Assembly (NCBI GenBank): GCA_963663385.2
Contig: CAXXXD010000004.1
Span: 224,001-288,000, forward strand
Length of the DNA stretch: 64,000 nt
Direction: 5' to 3'
Source of the DNA: Oceanispirochaeta sp.
Lineage (GTDB): Bacteria > Spirochaetota > Spirochaetia > DSM-2461
In this document: piece after piece, positions 1-9,863 of the stretch
How the letters are laid out: each line of letters starts with the position of its first letter
Numbering within the stretch: the stretch's first letter is position 1
Position numbers and translations under genes: made by a program
The notes under the pieces: generated by a model
Databases searched by the model: none
What the model was told of the DNA's origin: nothing
The model's input: only the letters and a program-made list of their open reading frames with translations

Positions 1-1289
1 ATCAGGAACTCAATCTTTTTCCTAATCTTAATGTGGCAGAGAATATTTTCACCAATAGGGAAATTATGAAAAATCGCGGATGGATCGACCATAAAGCCCA
101 AGAGGATAAAGCAAGGGTGCTCCTTCAAAGGCTGGAGCAGGATATCGATCCTAAAGAGATGGTTAAGAATCTTAAGGTTGGTCAACAACAGGTTGTGGAA
201 ATCGCCAAGGCATTTGCCGAAGAAGTGAACATTCTGATTATGGATGAACCAACATCGGCTCTTTCAAAAACAGAAGTAGATGTATTGTTCAAGATTATTG
301 ATGAATTAAAAGCGGCAGGAGTTTCCATCATCTATATTTCTCATCGTCTGGAGGAGCTGATCCAGATAGGAGATTACATTACTGTATTGAGGGATGGAAG
401 TCTTATAACGGAAAAGCCCATGAGTGAAGTTAATCTTCAATGGATTGTCAATTCAATGGTTGGGGGGGACAGCGGTGAAATCTTTCATTCAGGTGACCGT
501 TATATAGGTAATACCATACTGGAAGTAAAAAATCTGGGGCTTCAGGGGCCTACGGAAGAACCCCTTCTTAAAAATGTCAGTTTTAATGTCAAGAAGGGAG
601 AAGTTCTGGGGATATATGGGCTTCTGGGAGCTGGGCGCTCCGAGACTCTAGAATCCATCATGGGCCTTCATGAAGAGGCTTATGGAGAAATCCTGCTGGA
701 TGGCGAAGCTCTTGGATATCCGGATATTCGAAGCAGGATTAGAAAGGGGATAGCACTGGTTCCTGAAGATAGGCAGAGAGAAGGCCTCGTACAGACGATG
801 AGTGTTTCTCATAATTTAACTCTGGCCGGATTGTGGAGAATCGTTAAGAGAAAGATCCACATAGGCAGTGAAAATGAAATGGGCAGTGTTGAAAAAATGT
901 TCAAGGGGATGTCCATAAAAGCAGCTAATCCTCTTGTTTCCATAACATCTCTGAGCGGAGGGAATCAGCAGAAAGTCGTTTTTGGGAAAAGTCTTTTAAC
1001 GAATCCTAAAGTGCTTCTTCTTGATGAACCTACCAGAGGTATCGATGTCGGGGCAAAAGGAGAGATCTTCAATATCATGAATGATCTTGCCAGAGAAGGT
1101 CTGGCAATTATTCTTGTGACTTCGGAGTTAAAAGAAATTATGGCGATCTGTGACAGGGTTATTGTTTTGTCCAAAGGAAATGTTACAGGAGAATTTTCTA
1201 AAGAGGAGATCACAGAAGAGTCTCTAGTTAATGCTTCCGCCGTGGGGCATATGACTACATCTCTGAGAGCGAAAGGAAAGGTATCATGA
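1..1289 (+). CDS. Sugar ABC transporter ATP-binding protein (RbsA/CUT2 type, two ATPase domains), 5' truncated by the window edge
   Basis: Frame is open from base 3 (QELNLFPNLNVAENIF). Contains ILIMDEPT, IYISHRLEE, LSGGNQQK and LLLDEPTRGIDVGAK. Confidence 0.95.
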   Translation, partial: QELNLFPNLNVAENIFTNREIMKNRGWIDHKAQEDKARVLLQRLEQDIDPKEMVKNLKVGQQQVVEIAKAFAEEVNILIMDEPTSALSKTEVDVLFKIIDELKAAGVSIIYISHRLEELIQIGDYITVLRDGSLITEKPMSEVNLQWIVNSMVGGDSGEIFHSGDRYIGNTILEVKNLGLQGPTEEPLLKNVSFNVKKGEVLGIYGLLGAGRSETLESIMGLHEEAYGEILLDGEALGYPDIRSRIRKGIALVPEDRQREGLVQTMSVSHNLTLAGLWRIVKRKIHIGSENEMGSVEKMFKGMSIKAANPLVSITSLSGGNQQKVVFGKSLLTNPKVLLLDEPTRGIDVGAKGEIFNIMNDLAREGLAIILVTSELKEIMAICDRVIVLSKGNVTGEFSKEEITEESLVNASAVGHMTTSLRAKGKVS

Positions 1290-2362
1290 AAAACTTAAAA
1301 AACGGGAATATTTCAATAGGAATGGTTCTCCTGAAGTTAAGAACCATAATTGCATTGGTATTGTTGACAGCTGTATTTACGATTTTGGTTCAATCATATA
1401 GGGGGATTAATTTTCTTCATCCACTGAATCTTATTACCATATCCAAACATGTGGCAATTACGGGAATCATGGCTATCGGTATGACTTTTGTTATCATCAC
1501 CGGAGGAATTGATCTTTCTGTGGGATCAATTGTGGGGTTGTGTGGAATGATTGCCGGTGGCTTGATTCATGAAGGGCTTGTGCTGAATATGTTTGGAATA
1601 ACAATCTATTTCCATGTTTGGGTGATTCTTCTGATAACCCTTGTTTTGGGAATTCTTTTGGGAGGGATCAACGGGCTTCTCATTACCAGACTGAATGTCG
1701 CTCCATTTATTGGAACGCTCGGGATTATGTATATTGCACGAGGATTTGCCAATATTCGTTCCGGGGGAGCTACATTCCCGAATCTTCAAGGTAAGGCAGA
1801 ACTCGGAAATACGGGTTTTACTGTTTTGGGAGCAGGTAAAATCGCAGGAATTCCATTCTCCATCTGGCTTATGATTGTGTTGCTCTTAATAGCTCTTTAT
1901 GTTTCCAAAAAAACGCCTTTGGGCAGACATATATATGCTATCGGGGGAAATGAAAGGGCTGCCGAGCTTTCGGGTGTGCAGGTTAAAACCGTTACGACTC
2001 TTGTTTATATGTTTTCCGGGTTCTGTTCGGCTCTTGTGGGGCTTATTATTTCCAGTCAGTTGGTAGCAGCACATCCGGCTACTGGTGAGAGTTATGAAAT
2101 GAATGCCATCGCAGCTGCTGTCCTGGGAGGGACTTCTCTTTTGGGAGGAATCGGGACTGTAGGAGGAACGATAATTGGTGCATTTGTAATTGGCGTTTTA
2201 AGCGATGGACTTGTTATGCTGGGAGTATCGGAATTCTGGCAGAATGTAATCAAGGGTCTGGTTATCCTTGCGGCAGTAATACTCGATCAGACTCAGCAAA
2301 GCATGAATGCCAGATCCACGGAAGCTAAAGATAAAAAAGCACGAAAGGAGAAGGCCGCATGA
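1286..2362 (+). CDS. Sugar ABC transporter permease (RbsC family, erythritol/apiose-transporter-like)
   Basis: Hydrophobic; GMTFVIITGGIDLSVGS, GRHIYAIGGNERAAELSG, AIAAAVLGGTS. ATGA overlap with the ATPase gene. Confidence 0.93.
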   Translation: MKNLKNGNISIGMVLLKLRTIIALVLLTAVFTILVQSYRGINFLHPLNLITISKHVAITGIMAIGMTFVIITGGIDLSVGSIVGLCGMIAGGLIHEGLVLNMFGITIYFHVWVILLITLVLGILLGGINGLLITRLNVAPFIGTLGIMYIARGFANIRSGGATFPNLQGKAELGNTGFTVLGAGKIAGIPFSIWLMIVLLLIALYVSKKTPLGRHIYAIGGNERAAELSGVQVKTVTTLVYMFSGFCSALVGLIISSQLVAAHPATGESYEMNAIAAAVLGGTSLLGGIGTVGGTIIGAFVIGVLSDGLVMLGVSEFWQNVIKGLVILAAVILDQTQQSMNARSTEAKDKKARKEKAA

Positions 2363-3774
2363 ATAAAAAAAATATAACTTTCGGCGTAATTGTAGGAACC
2401 AGAGGATTCTTCAATCCCCAATTGGCCGCTTCCGGCAGGAAAGAGATTCTGTCGGTTCTAAATAAAAAAGGTTATAAATCTGTAATACTTGATGAGGAAG
2501 CAACGCCCACAGGTGTTGTGGAGGGTTATCAGGATGCCAAACTCTGTGCCAGCCTTTTCCGGAAGAATAGAGATATAATAGATGGGATTCTTGTTATTCT
2601 TCCCAATTTTGGAGATGAAATCGGGGTTGTAAATACCTTGAAGCTGGCTGATATGAATGTTCCTGTTCTGGTGCAGGCTTCCAACGATCAGAATGATAAA
2701 GTCGATGTGCTGCATCGCAGGGATGCTTTCTGTGGGAAGATTTCTGTCTGTAATAATCTTTATCAGTACGGAATTCCATTTACAAATACGACTATGCATA
2801 CCTGTGATATTCTTTCTGAGGAATTTGACTCGGACCTTGATCGGTTTGCTGCGGTTTGCCGTGTTGTCTCGGGAATTAAAAAAGCCCGGATTGGTGCAGT
2901 CGGCGCAAGACCGGCCGCATTTCAGACCGTAAGGTTCAGCGAGAAACTCCTTCAGGACTCTGGCATTACAGTTGTTCCGGTTGATCTTTCAGAGATCATT
3001 TTCGATTCGGAAGCATTGGGTGACGAAGAAGCGATTGTGAAGGAAAAACTCTCTGCTATTCACGATTATGGGAATGTTGAAAGTCATATCCCTGATGAAC
3101 AGGTCGTAAGGCAGGCTAAGCTCTCTGCTGTAATTGATCAATTTGTAGAAGAGCATGAACTGGATGCAACAGCAATCCAGTGTTGGGAGAGTATTCAGAA
3201 TAACTATGGATGTGCCACCTGTCTTTCTATGAGCATGATGGGAGAAGCCGGATACCCTTCCGCCTGTGAAATGGATGTTGCCGGTTCTGTCTCAATGTAC
3301 ATTCTCAGGCTAGCGGCTGAAACTGCGTCGGGGTTTCTGGATTGGAACAATAACTTTGATTACGGGAATAATACATGTGTCTGTACCCATTGCAGCAATT
3401 ACCCGGCAAGCTTTATGGGCAATCCCCTTAAAATCGGACAGTTGGATATTCTGGGAAATACATTAGGGCAGGATAAATGTTTTGGAGCAGTGAAAGGAAA
3501 AGTCGCTCCCGGAAAAATGACCTATTTTCGTGTTTCAACTGATGATCGAAATGGAAAGATTAAAGCCTATGGCGGTGAAGGCGAATTTACAAGTGATACG
3601 TATGATATGGATGGCGGCATAGCTGTTTGCAAAGTTCCGGAACTGGGACGTGTGATGAATCATATCTGTAGGGAAGGATTCGAGCATCACGTCGCTATGG
3701 TTAGGGGAGAAGTCATTGATATTGTTCAGGAGGCTCTTGAACGTTATCTGTGTTGGGAGTTTGTCAGATTCTGA
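2359..3774 (+). CDS. L-fucose/L-arabinose isomerase family protein
   Basis: NFGDE, RRDAFCGKIS, AIQCW, ACEMD, HCSN and GFEHHVA motifs; ATGA overlap with the permease. Confidence 0.85.
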   Translation: MNKKNITFGVIVGTRGFFNPQLAASGRKEILSVLNKKGYKSVILDEEATPTGVVEGYQDAKLCASLFRKNRDIIDGILVILPNFGDEIGVVNTLKLADMNVPVLVQASNDQNDKVDVLHRRDAFCGKISVCNNLYQYGIPFTNTTMHTCDILSEEFDSDLDRFAAVCRVVSGIKKARIGAVGARPAAFQTVRFSEKLLQDSGITVVPVDLSEIIFDSEALGDEEAIVKEKLSAIHDYGNVESHIPDEQVVRQAKLSAVIDQFVEEHELDATAIQCWESIQNNYGCATCLSMSMMGEAGYPSACEMDVAGSVSMYILRLAAETASGFLDWNNNFDYGNNTCVCTHCSNYPASFMGNPLKIGQLDILGNTLGQDKCFGAVKGKVAPGKMTYFRVSTDDRNGKIKAYGGEGEFTSDTYDMDGGIAVCKVPELGRVMNHICREGFEHHVAMVRGEVIDIVQEALERYLCWEFVRF

Positions 3775-3983
3775 TTAAATATATCAGGGGGAGGCATGTA
3801 TTGGGAACGCCAGATATATTGGATGGAACAGAAACGTATCTGTCTCTCCCTGAAAGGAGAGTAGGGAGGTAAAGAGAGCTATTCGGTAGAAATCATATTG
3901 ATAAAGAGGTTTATCACTTTTCATTTTGATTGTTTCTCTTTATCTTGTATGAGAAAATATAAAAAAACAATTGGGAAGAATAA

Positions 3984-4745
3984 ATGCTTGCAAATGAGAG
4001 AAGGATGAAAATCCTTGAGTTAATCCAGGAAGATGGTAGCGCACGTGTAAAGAATCTCAGCGATATGTTTAATGTTACCGAGCCCACAATACGCCAGGAT
4101 CTGGAGAAACTGGAAGCTGAAGGGCATGTCATTCGGGAACATGGCGGTGCTTATTTGAGAACGATGTCACAGCAGGTGAAAACTCTATCTTTGCAGCATA
4201 CGAATAATCTTGAACAGAAAAGGAAAATTGCCGAAAAAGCATTAACCTTCATTGAAGATGGGGATAGTATCATTCTTGATTCAGGTTCAACCGTTACAGA
4301 ATTGGCCAAGTTGTTGGACTCAAAACAGAATTTAACTGTTATTACAAATGCTCTTAATATAGCTTTGGCCTTAGGGACCAATCCTTCATGTCAGTTACTT
4401 GTTACAGGAGGGGAGTTTAAGCCGCCAACCCTTTCTTTGACGGGTGAAAAGGCTGCCGCGTTTTTCAAAGATGCCTATGTGGATAAGCTTTTTCTGGCTA
4501 CAGGGGGCATCTCACCTAATCTGGATTTAACTTACCCCGGGTTTAATGATCTATCTGTTAAGAAATCAATGATTGAATCAGCCGGGCAAACCTTTCTGCT
4601 GGCAGATTCTTCAAAATTTGATAAAGCTTCTTTTGCATCCCTCGGTAAGCTCTCTCTGGTGGATTATCTGATAACTGATCATGAGATAACTGCAGAAATG
4701 AAAAACCGGATAAATGATTTAGGTGTCAAAGTCATAATAAGCTGA
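3984..4745 (+). CDS. DeoR/GlpR family transcriptional regulator
   Basis: N-terminal HTH (VTEPTIRQDLEKLE..HGGA); DeoRC motifs ILDSGSTV, VITNAL, LADSSKF. Confidence 0.95.
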   Translation: MLANERRMKILELIQEDGSARVKNLSDMFNVTEPTIRQDLEKLEAEGHVIREHGGAYLRTMSQQVKTLSLQHTNNLEQKRKIAEKALTFIEDGDSIILDSGSTVTELAKLLDSKQNLTVITNALNIALALGTNPSCQLLVTGGEFKPPTLSLTGEKAAAFFKDAYVDKLFLATGGISPNLDLTYPGFNDLSVKKSMIESAGQTFLLADSSKFDKASFASLGKLSLVDYLITDHEITAEMKNRINDLGVKVIIS

Positions 4746-4850
4746 GAATACTTCCCTTTTTTCTTCACGTTAGATCTTTTCTCATGAATATCCTCCGTAT
4801 GGCAATTTAGCTCTTGTACAAAATATCCTGGTGTTAGAAATTTTCAAAAA

Positions 4851-4915
4851 AAACGAAAATAAAAGAAAACAAAAGAAAATATATATTTGACATATATTTG
4901 GTTTTGGGTTATATT
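4851..4915 (+). promoter_or_regulatory. Sigma70-type promoter of the transketolase operon with three upstream 10-bp direct repeats
   Basis: TTGACA (4887-4892), 17 bp, TATATT (4910-4915). Repeats AAACGAAAAT/AAAAGAAAAC/AAAAGAAAAT at 4851-4880. Confidence 0.6.
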
Positions 4916-5051
4916 TTGTGTATCGGATATGTTTTAATGTTTTCGTAATGATTTCTATTATTTGTGTTTTTTGGTAACAGGCAGATTATATGCTGATCGT
5001 AATCGCGGGAACAATAACAGGAAATTTTATTTCTTTAATAGGGTAGTAAAT

Positions 5052-5885
5052 ATGGATAAAGAAAAATTTTTAACAAAAAAAGCGGCTGAAATAAGACGGG
5101 ACCTGCTGCATGTTATCTACAATGCCAGAGCTGGTCATACGGGGGGATCCCTTTCCAGTGTCGATATATTGACCGTTTTATACTATAACACCCTCAGAAT
5201 TGACCCGGCTAATCCAAAAGAGCCCGACAGAGATCGTTTTGTGTTGAGTAAAGGGCACAGTGTAGAAGGATATTATACCATTCTGGCGGACAAAGGATTC
5301 TTTTCAAAGGAAGAACTGAAAACATTCTCTACGTTCAAGTCCCGCCTGATCGGGCACCCTTCTGTTAAGGTTCCTGGTGTAGAACTGAATACAGGAGCCC
5401 TTGGGCATGGCCTTTCCTGCTCCGTCGGTATGGCATTGGCTGCCAGGATAGACAAGTTGGACACCCGGGTATTCTGTCTGATGGGAGACGGAGAACAGGC
5501 AGAAGGTTCGGTATGGGAAGCTGCTATGGCCGGTCCCAACTACGGGCTTGAAAACCTGACCGCCATTACTGACAGGAATCATCTGCAGATAAGCGGAAAT
5601 ACCGAAAATGTTATGAAGCTGGAAGCTCTGGCAGATAAATGGCGAGCCTTCGGCTGGGATGTCAGGGAAGTGGATGGTCATGATATCAAAGCCCTGATGG
5701 AAGTCTTCGACGGCCCCCGGAAAAAGGATACCCCCATGATGGTTATTGCCGAAACAACCAAAGGGAAAGGTGTCAGCTATATGGAAGATGAGGCAAAATG
5801 GCATCATGGTGTTCCAACAGAAGAACAGTTTAGTCAGGCAATTGGCGAAATAGAAAAGTTTATCAGGGAGATGGAGGCGTCATGA
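5052..5885 (+). CDS. Transketolase, N-terminal (TPP-binding) subunit
   Basis: GHTGGSLS, DRFVLSKGH, GALGHGL, MGDGEQAEGSVWEA, KGKGVSYME..WHH. Start moved to ATG 5052. Confidence 0.95.
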   Translation: MDKEKFLTKKAAEIRRDLLHVIYNARAGHTGGSLSSVDILTVLYYNTLRIDPANPKEPDRDRFVLSKGHSVEGYYTILADKGFFSKEELKTFSTFKSRLIGHPSVKVPGVELNTGALGHGLSCSVGMALAARIDKLDTRVFCLMGDGEQAEGSVWEAAMAGPNYGLENLTAITDRNHLQISGNTENVMKLEALADKWRAFGWDVREVDGHDIKALMEVFDGPRKKDTPMMVIAETTKGKGVSYMEDEAKWHHGVPTEEQFSQAIGEIEKFIREMEAS

Positions 5886-6820
5886 GCAGCAGTATACCGT
5901 GCAGAAAAGCATTTACCGTGAAAATAACAGAGCTGGCTAAAAAAGATCCATCCATTATGGTTGTTACATCCGATGCCAGGGGCTCGGTTACCCTCAATCA
6001 GTATGCTGAGGAGTTGCCGGAGCAGTTTGTGGAAGTCGGGATTGCAGAACAGAATGAAGTGGGAATCGGAGCCGGGATGGCTACATTCGGGAAAAAGGTT
6101 TTTGTTTGTGCCCCCGCCTGTTTCCTATCGGCCAGAAGTCTGGAACAGGTTAAGGTGGATGTGGTTTATACACATACCAATGTGAAGATTATCGGAATCA
6201 GCGGTGGTATCAGTTACGGCGCTCTGGGGTATTCCCATCAATCCCTTCATGATATTGCTGTGATGCGAACCTTCCCCGGTATGGATGTGATTATTCCTTC
6301 CGACCGTTTTCAGGCTGAAGCCATTACTGAATGGCTTGTCGGGAGCGGAGAACCGGCGTATGTCAGGATGGGAAGGGGCGCCGTAAAGGATATTTACTCC
6401 CAAAGCGCTGGCAGTTTCACCTATGGAAAAGCCAATGTTTTAAAAGAAGGTGATGATATTGCCATTATAGCTGTTGGAGAAACTGTCAGCAGAGCCGTTG
6501 ATGCGGCAGAACTCCTGAATAATGAGGGAGTGAGCGCAAGGGTTCTGGATATGGCAACCATTAAACCTATTGATCGGGAAGCCGTACTTAAGGCTATGAA
6601 AGAAACCAGAGGGATTGTAACTGTTGAAGAACACAGTATTTTCGGTGGTTTGGGTTCGGCTGTTGCGGAAATCATTATTCAGGAAGAACCTGTTCCCATG
6701 CGGATTATGGGGATTCCTGATGAGATAACAGTGGAAGGCGAATCTGCAGAGATTTTTGAGTATTACAATATTACTCCGGAAGGGATTAGAGACCAAGCTC
6801 TCAGTATTTTGAAAGGTTAG
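5882..6820 (+). CDS. Transketolase, C-terminal subunit
   Basis: VEVGIAEQN, GYSHQSLHD, YVRMGR, TIKPID, TVEEHSIFGGLGSAVAE. Confidence 0.95.
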   Translation: MSSSIPCRKAFTVKITELAKKDPSIMVVTSDARGSVTLNQYAEELPEQFVEVGIAEQNEVGIGAGMATFGKKVFVCAPACFLSARSLEQVKVDVVYTHTNVKIIGISGGISYGALGYSHQSLHDIAVMRTFPGMDVIIPSDRFQAEAITEWLVGSGEPAYVRMGRGAVKDIYSQSAGSFTYGKANVLKEGDDIAIIAVGETVSRAVDAAELLNNEGVSARVLDMATIKPIDREAVLKAMKETRGIVTVEEHSIFGGLGSAVAEIIIQEEPVPMRIMGIPDEITVEGESAEIFEYYNITPEGIRDQALSILKG

Positions 6821-6823
6821 GAA

Positions 6824-8320
6824 ATGATGGCAGAGAAGAAGTACTTTTTAACAATCGATCAGGGCACTTCCGGGACGAAAGCCTTAATTTTTGGTCGTGA
6901 CGGCAAGATGATCTGCCGTCATGATGAGGGACATAGACAGTTTTATCCCCGGCCGGGGTGGGTCGAGCATGATCCTGAAGAGATTTTTGCCAATACCCTG
7001 AAAGCTGCAAAAGAAGTAATGAATATGGCTGGGACGAGCAGCCGTGAGATAATCTGTATCTCCATTTCCAATCAGAGAGAAACCACCCTTATGTGGGATC
7101 GTGTGTCAGGGAAACCTGTTATGAATGCTGTCGTATGGCAGTGTCAGAGGGGGGAGGGCGTTTGCAAAGAGCTTGAGAAAGAAGGAGCAGCCCCAGACGT
7201 TAAGAAAAAAACCGGAATGGTACTTTCCCCTTATTTTTCAGCGGCAAAAGCTAAATGGATTATGGATAACTGTGTGAATAACAATTCCAGGATTAATAGG
7301 GAGAATGTTGCTTTTGGTACCATGGATAGTTATCTGATATGGAAGCTGACCGACGGAAAGGTTCATGCCACCGATTACTCCAACGCCAGCCGGACCCAAC
7401 TGTTCAATCTTCATACCCTGAAATGGGATGAGGATTTGCTCAATATGTTTGGTTTGGATCCATTCATGATGCCCGAAGTGAGAAGTTCCAATGCCCGGTA
7501 CGGGGAGACTCCCGAGGGAATGTTTGATACGAAGATTCCTGTCGCGGGTGTTCTGGGAGACTCCCATGCGGCCTTCTTTGGGCAGTGCTGTACTGAGAGA
7601 GGCATGACAAAAACAACCTACGGAACAGGATCTTCCGTGATGATGAATATTGGTGATACGCCGATAGATTCTAAAAATGTTGTGACATCCGTTGGGTATT
7701 CTATTGATAATGAAGTTGTGTTTGTTCTGGAAGGGAATATTAACTGCACAGGAGCAACAATAAAGTGGCTGGTCGATGATATTGAACTGTTTGGTTCTTC
7801 CAAAGAGGTTGGAGGCCTGGCCGAATCCGTGGAGGACAACCAGGGGGTATATCTGGTTCCCGCCCTGACCGGTTTAAGCGCTCCTCACTGGAATAGTGAA
7901 GTGCGGGCCGTGATTTCCAATATGTCCAGGGGGACCAAAAAAGCCCATATCGCCAGAGCAGCCGAAGAGTCTATTGTATATCAGATTATGGATGTCATTA
8001 ATGCCATGGGTGAAGAATCTGGGATTCAGGTGGCTGACCTTAGAGTTGATGGCGGCCCTACCAGGGATAACTTTCTTATGCAATTCCAGTCTGATATGCT
8101 GAACGCCCCTGTTGTCAGGAATAAAATAGAAGAGCTTTCAGCTACGGGTGCTATGTATATGGGAGGTCTGGCGATGAAGATCTGGGATACCGTTCGGGAA
8201 ATAGAGAAGCTCCGCGAAATAGAGATAACCTTTAAACCTGTTATGAGCGCTGAGGTAAGACGAAAAAATTATTCCGGATGGAAGAAAGCTGTGAATAACC
8301 TGCTTCAGTCTGAAAATTAG
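6824..8320 (+). CDS. FGGY family carbohydrate kinase (glycerol-kinase-like; possible apulose kinase)
   Basis: IDQGTSGTK, GWVEHDP, SNQRET, TDYSNASRT, GDSHAA, KTTYGTG, LRVDGG. Confidence 0.9.
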   Translation: MMAEKKYFLTIDQGTSGTKALIFGRDGKMICRHDEGHRQFYPRPGWVEHDPEEIFANTLKAAKEVMNMAGTSSREIICISISNQRETTLMWDRVSGKPVMNAVVWQCQRGEGVCKELEKEGAAPDVKKKTGMVLSPYFSAAKAKWIMDNCVNNNSRINRENVAFGTMDSYLIWKLTDGKVHATDYSNASRTQLFNLHTLKWDEDLLNMFGLDPFMMPEVRSSNARYGETPEGMFDTKIPVAGVLGDSHAAFFGQCCTERGMTKTTYGTGSSVMMNIGDTPIDSKNVVTSVGYSIDNEVVFVLEGNINCTGATIKWLVDDIELFGSSKEVGGLAESVEDNQGVYLVPALTGLSAPHWNSEVRAVISNMSRGTKKAHIARAAEESIVYQIMDVINAMGEESGIQVADLRVDGGPTRDNFLMQFQSDMLNAPVVRNKIEELSATGAMYMGGLAMKIWDTVREIEKLREIEITFKPVMSAEVRRKNYSGWKKAVNNLLQSEN

Positions 8321-8347
8321 TGAGCAATCTCTCAAAAGGCTTAAAAT

Positions 8348-8400
8348 TAAAATAAGCTGTTCCTTGCTTCTGTTATGATATTGAGGAACAGCTTATTTTA
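8348..8400. terminator. Bidirectional terminator hairpin between convergent genes
   Basis: 17-bp perfect inverted repeat TAAAATAAGCTGTTCCT / AGGAACAGCTTATTTTA. Confidence 0.75.
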
Positions 8401-8847
8401 TTATTTAACAGCAAAACAGATCTGAGTCTGCAGCTCTTCCGGTTTAACTTCCAGGGGCGAGTTCAGGTAGTACTCATACATCCATTCCTGGACATCAAGC
8501 TGCTTCTCCTTAACAAAGGCCATCAGTTTTTCGTATGTTCCTTCCAGTTTGTCATAGGGACCGGTATGTATGGTTGTGACAATTTCCCCACCGGGGATCT
8601 GACCGGGTTTAATCCGCCCCTCTCCCTTATCGGACTGATTGACGGGGAAACCCATTTCTACATCCAGGGCTTCCATATCCATATTGTAGTACATGGCATA
8701 GGGCGGTCCGGCGAATTCGATACCCTTTCTGCCCATATAACCGGCCAGTTCCTGGTATACCTCCCCCATTACTTCTGAAATTTTACTGACCGGGGTTGTC
8801 AGCCTTATCATCAGAGAATCCTGCTGCTGTACTTTTCTGATCTCCAT
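8401..8847 (-). CDS. GyrI-like small-molecule-binding domain protein
   Basis: GPPYAMYY, DVEMGFPV, TIHTGPYDKL..Y, YEYYLNSP. AAGGAG RBS supports ATG 8847. Confidence 0.88.
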   Translation of the reverse strand: MEIRKVQQQDSLMIRLTTPVSKISEVMGEVYQELAGYMGRKGIEFAGPPYAMYYNMDMEALDVEMGFPVNQSDKGEGRIKPGQIPGGEIVTTIHTGPYDKLEGTYEKLMAFVKEKQLDVQEWMYEYYLNSPLEVKPEELQTQICFAVK

Positions 8848-8891
8848 CTGTGACTCCTTCAATTGTGATGAGTCAAGTATGACACGGGGTA

Positions 8892-8911
8892 TATGACAAC
8901 TGTATGTCGTA
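8892..8911. promoter_or_regulatory. Candidate WYL-regulator binding palindrome
   Basis: TATGACA-N6-TGTCGTA upstream of a minus-strand CATACT -10-like hexamer for the GyrI-like gene. Confidence 0.6.
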
Positions 8912-8927
8912 ATTATTTTACAAATAT

Positions 8928-9863
8928 TCAGATATATTTTTCTTTGATTTCCGATGCCGTTCTCTCAAGCCTTTCTCTGACATGGAGCGGTCCCAGAACT
9001 GTCACCAGGGAACCGTAAGAGAGGATGAATCCGAACATCCAGCCGTCTTCGGGCATACTTGTTTTTACGATAAGACTCCCTCCGGGACCTTCTGAACAGT
9101 TTTCCTCGCTGTGATACTCCTCTACCATGGAACGAATGGATGCATCAAACTGTAGTGTTAACTCAACAGCTTCCGAACCGCTCTGCCTCTCCTGCTGTTG
9201 AATATACTCTTCAAAAGAAATCTCTTTCCGCTTAAAATGGGCGGCCAGTATTTCGGGGTTGCGGATACGGGAAATCCGGAAAAGCCGGAAACCTTCCTTC
9301 ATTCTGCACCAGGCAAAGAGGTACCAGCCCCGCCACTTGAAGGCTATTGTCAGAGGCTCCACTGTCCGTCTGACCGACTCCAGTTTATTATTGGTGTAGG
9401 TAAAGCGGACAAGCCTTTCCGAATCCACCGCCTCCTTTACTGTTCTGAAGGCTTCCTGATGCCGCGGATCTCCTCCCAGCATGGTAAAATCCATACTGAG
9501 CTTCCCGCTTCTGCCAGTCAGAAAATCAGAGTCGTGCGCGGGCAGAAGAGTCTTCATCTTCTCCAGGGTATTGTCTATACTCCTGTCGCTCAGGGTATCC
9601 GAAACACTCTTCAGTGACGTTATGATGTAATACAGATCTTCAATGGATACCAGCTGACTGTCCATTTTAAAGTTTTCCATAATGCCGTACCCCCCATTGG
9701 GGCCCTGGATACTGACAATGGGAATTCCTGCCAGTTCTATGGCTTCCATATCCCGCTGAATGGTTCTTACGGTAACGCTGAAACGCTGGGCCAGTATCCG
9801 GGCGCTTACCAGTTCATGGTTCATCAGATAGACAATGATGGAAAGGAGACGGTCAATCTTCAT
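8928..9863 (-). CDS. YafY-family HTH-WYL-WCX transcriptional regulator
   Basis: DRLLSII..LAQRFSVTVRTIQRDM HTH; RTVEP, GWYLFAWC and FRLFRISRI in the WYL domain. Confidence 0.93.
   Translation of the reverse strand: MKIDRLLSIIVYLMNHELVSARILAQRFSVTVRTIQRDMEAIELAGIPIVSIQGPNGGYGIMENFKMDSQLVSIEDLYYIITSLKSVSDTLSDRSIDNTLEKMKTLLPAHDSDFLTGRSGKLSMDFTMLGGDPRHQEAFRTVKEAVDSERLVRFTYTNNKLESVRRTVEPLTIAFKWRGWYLFAWCRMKEGFRLFRISRIRNPEILAAHFKRKEISFEEYIQQQERQSGSEAVELTLQFDASIRSMVEEYHSEENCSEGPGGSLIVKTSMPEDGWMFGFILSYGSLVTVLGPLHVRERLERTASEIKEKYI

Noticed and set aside
3796..3864. 22-aa small ORF MYWERQIYWMEQKRICLSLKGE
   Set aside because: GGAGG is only 1 nt from the ATG and the ORF lies within an imperfect inverted repeat, so an RNA hairpin is the simpler reading.
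6824..8320. Calling the FGGY kinase glpK
   Set aside because: It has GDSHAA rather than GDQQAA, and its context is isomerase plus transketolase with no glpF or glpD.
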